This document shows positions 61,872 to 64,000 of a DNA stretch of 64,000 nucleotides, piece after piece. The position numbers and the translations under genes are program-made. The notes under the pieces were generated by a model. That model saw only the letters and a program-made list of their open reading frames with translations. It was not told the origin of the DNA and ran no database searches. Position 1 is the stretch's first letter; each line of letters starts with the position of its first letter. Source of the stretch: the human T2T-CHM13v2.0 reference genome, Homo sapiens; the NCBI RefSeq assembly GCF_009914755.1, contig NC_060944.1; one strand, given 5' to 3'.

Positions 61872-62209
61872 GGTGACGGCTCTTTCTCCATGTACTATGA
61901 TGCCACAATCCCCAGGATGTGTTGAGTGAAAGTATCAAGGTGGAGAATGGTGCATATGGTTTGCTTTATTTCTTGCCCCATTTGGCCTTGGAAAGGGGAG
62001 ATGGGTAGGGATATAGGTGTGCCTGAGTGTTTGTGCATATATGTCTCTGGAAGGCTACACGAGAAATGGGCCACAGTGGTGGCCTTGTCATGAGACAGAG
62101 GGACAACCATGTTCTGACTGAACTTTTTAAAAAACAAATCCTATGTATTACCTACTCAAAACAAAATGTTTTTGATGTGTGGCTTTTTTTAATTAAAAAA
62201 CGTTTACTA

Positions 62210-62452
62210 AGTGCTGTGTGATATCCTTGTTTGGATCCTGGGGCAGAAGCAGGACATGTAGAAAAACTGATGCTATCTGAAAAAAGTCTGGAGTTAATAG
62301 TGATGTGGCAATGTTGAACTCTTCATTTTGACAAATGTCCCATGGTAATATGTCAGCACTGGGGGAAACTGGGTGGGAGGTACACAGGAGCTCTATCATC
62401 TTTGCAGCTTTTCTATAAATCTAAAATTATTCGAGTATAAAAAGTTTATTAA
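62210..62452 (+). mobile_element. L1MC-type 3' end
   Basis: gggggaaactgggtggg..ctttgcagcttttctataaatctaaaattattc..taaaaagtttatt. Confidence 0.75.
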
Positions 62453-62566
62453 ACTTTTTTTTTTTTTTTTTTTTACTTCAGTGAAACCTGTCAAATTGCA
62501 TCTGCAAAATTGTTGTGTCTGAGAAAGTTAAAGCTCACTCCCTTCCCTTTTCTCATCTTGGTTTAG

Positions 62567-62664
62567 GTCGAAGAATTCCATCCACTGACGCCAACCTGCC
62601 ATCTGGCGGTAAGGGCTTCAAACTCCGAAGACAGCCTTCAGAGCCAAAGCGGAGCTGCTGCTGA
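62567..62664 (+). CDS. RAB22A: RAB22A exon 7 coding part (RRIPSTDANLPSGGKGFKLRRQPSEPKRSCC*)
   Basis: acceptor ggtttag|GT; C-terminal CC geranylgeranylation motif then TGA; total CDS 585 nt = 194 aa plus stop. Confidence 0.98.
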
Positions 62665-64000
62665 CCGAACCTCAGCCTCTCAGACTTGATGATGAAGTAG
62701 GTGGTCCTGAAAGTTAACAGGAGGGCTGGGGTCCCTGCCACCAGTTTTCACCTAGCCAGTCTTGAGTCTTCTCCGTGCAAAAAGGATTCACAGAAATGGA
62801 CCAGTTCTGTTCTCCAAAGACTGCAGCAATGATATTTCAGTCTGTGAACTTCTATTATGTAAAGAATCTCTAGTGTACAAAGGGACTACATCGTTGGCTT
62901 TTGACCTTGCTGAAAAGGAACATATAATTGTATGGATGGTAGGATTAAGTTGTTGAGTAGTTTTGTAATCAAGATTTTATGTAACATTTGTAAAGGGAAA
63001 ATTAGCACTTTTGTGGTTCTTAAGGGAAAAGAAACAGACCTTGTGGAGATTATAATTTCCTTGGTTTCTGTTACCACTGTTAGAGGGAGTTGTATCATTT
63101 AACATATAGTAGGATAGTTTAAGTGTAGGGAGGACAATTATTGTCTGAAGCTAAAATGGGTTATTTATAGGACTGATGGAAATGATTTCATCTCTGCCAT
63201 CTCTAAAGCACTTTTCATTGAACATGTTAGCCTAGGATACGTACAGTAAATTAACAATGATAGCAGCAGATGCCTAGCTCATCCTGGGTTTGCTTCTGAC
63301 CTTGTCATGTGTGTGCCACCAAACACGTTATTGGCACCTTTTTAAATAAGCTCTCATGATCAAGATGGTGATGGTAGAGAAGCTGCCCGGAATAAACTGA
63401 ATTTCATATGTTCTAAAATGACTAGCAATGGTTTAAAAAGGAAGAAGAGTGGAAGTGAAGAAGGTGGTATAAATGCTGTCAATTTTTTTTTAACCCAAGT
63501 ATTTTGGTGGGGAAAAGCAAGTATCTATTGCTTAGCATATGTAAAGTTGTAGTCTATATTTATGGGGCCATTGCTTAAAGATTATAAATTATGTAAATAC
63601 ATTAATAAATTCTAAGTTTCATTTGACATTCCATTGAATCTCGCACCCAGTCTTGCGTATGCCTGCCCAGTTTTCAGCCTCTTAACGGGAGACTCAAGCA
63701 CATTGGTATTGTATAAAGGTATAGAGCACTTAGCTTACAATCTTTAAAGGTTTCTCTGCCTTCCCTTCTACCCACCCGCCTCCCACCAGATCCCATCTGG
63801 AAATCATAATAAAGACATATGCCACTTTGACAAACCTGACTAGTCCTTACTAGCCTGAGGGTAAAAGATTAAGCTCCAACCTCAAGTCATTTACCTGGTC
63901 TTGGTAATAAGTTTCTTTTAGCTTGTACAGCATCCTCAGACCAACTGAGGAGCTTTCCTTGTTAACAATTTAGCTTATCTTTCTGTTTCCTTTATTTTTC
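62665..64000 (+). other. RAB22A: RAB22A 3'UTR (proximal part; probably continues beyond the window)
   Basis: Alu-free AT-rich sequence after the stop codon; AATAAA at 63391, 63604 and 63808; several miRNA seed matches. Confidence 0.85.
63604..63609 (+). terminator. candidate proximal polyadenylation signal
   Basis: AATAAA preceded by several TGTA (63540, 63549, 63592) and followed by U-rich sequence. Confidence 0.5.

Overview
Human (or very close great-ape) genomic DNA. The window holds the complete coding sequence of RAB22A on the + strand. Its 7 exons contribute 36+80+82+72+107+110+98 = 585 nt, giving a 194-aa Rab5-subfamily GTPase that ends in the -SCC prenylation motif. Intron 2 is 32.6 kb, and only the first ~1.3 kb of the 3'UTR is included. 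RAB22A shares a CpG-island bidirectional promoter (~11.75-13.2 kb) with a head-to-head minus-strand gene whose first two micro-exons encode MAEIPLYFVDLQDDLDD, which I recognise as the annotated pseudogene PPP4R1L. The rest is typical primate interspersed repeat: about 35 Alus plus old L1, L2, MIR, MLT1 LTRs and hAT/Tigger DNA transposons. Almost every ORF in the supplied track is an Alu, L1 or GC-rich artefact. I see no prokaryote-style system and no convincing new protein-coding gene. The most interesting under-described signals are regulatory: (i) a perfect 20-bp GC-box minisatellite in the core promoter, flanked by a perfect 14-bp inverted pair of YY1/Kozak motifs, one giving the PPP4R1L ATG and the other a strong RAB22A uORF; (ii) an immediate stop codon plus a tandem poly(A) signal at the start of intron 2 that could yield a 39-aa Rab22a N-terminal peptide; (iii) inverted Alus and overlapping AT-rich palindromes. 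Repeat family names and boundaries were assigned by eye and are approximate.
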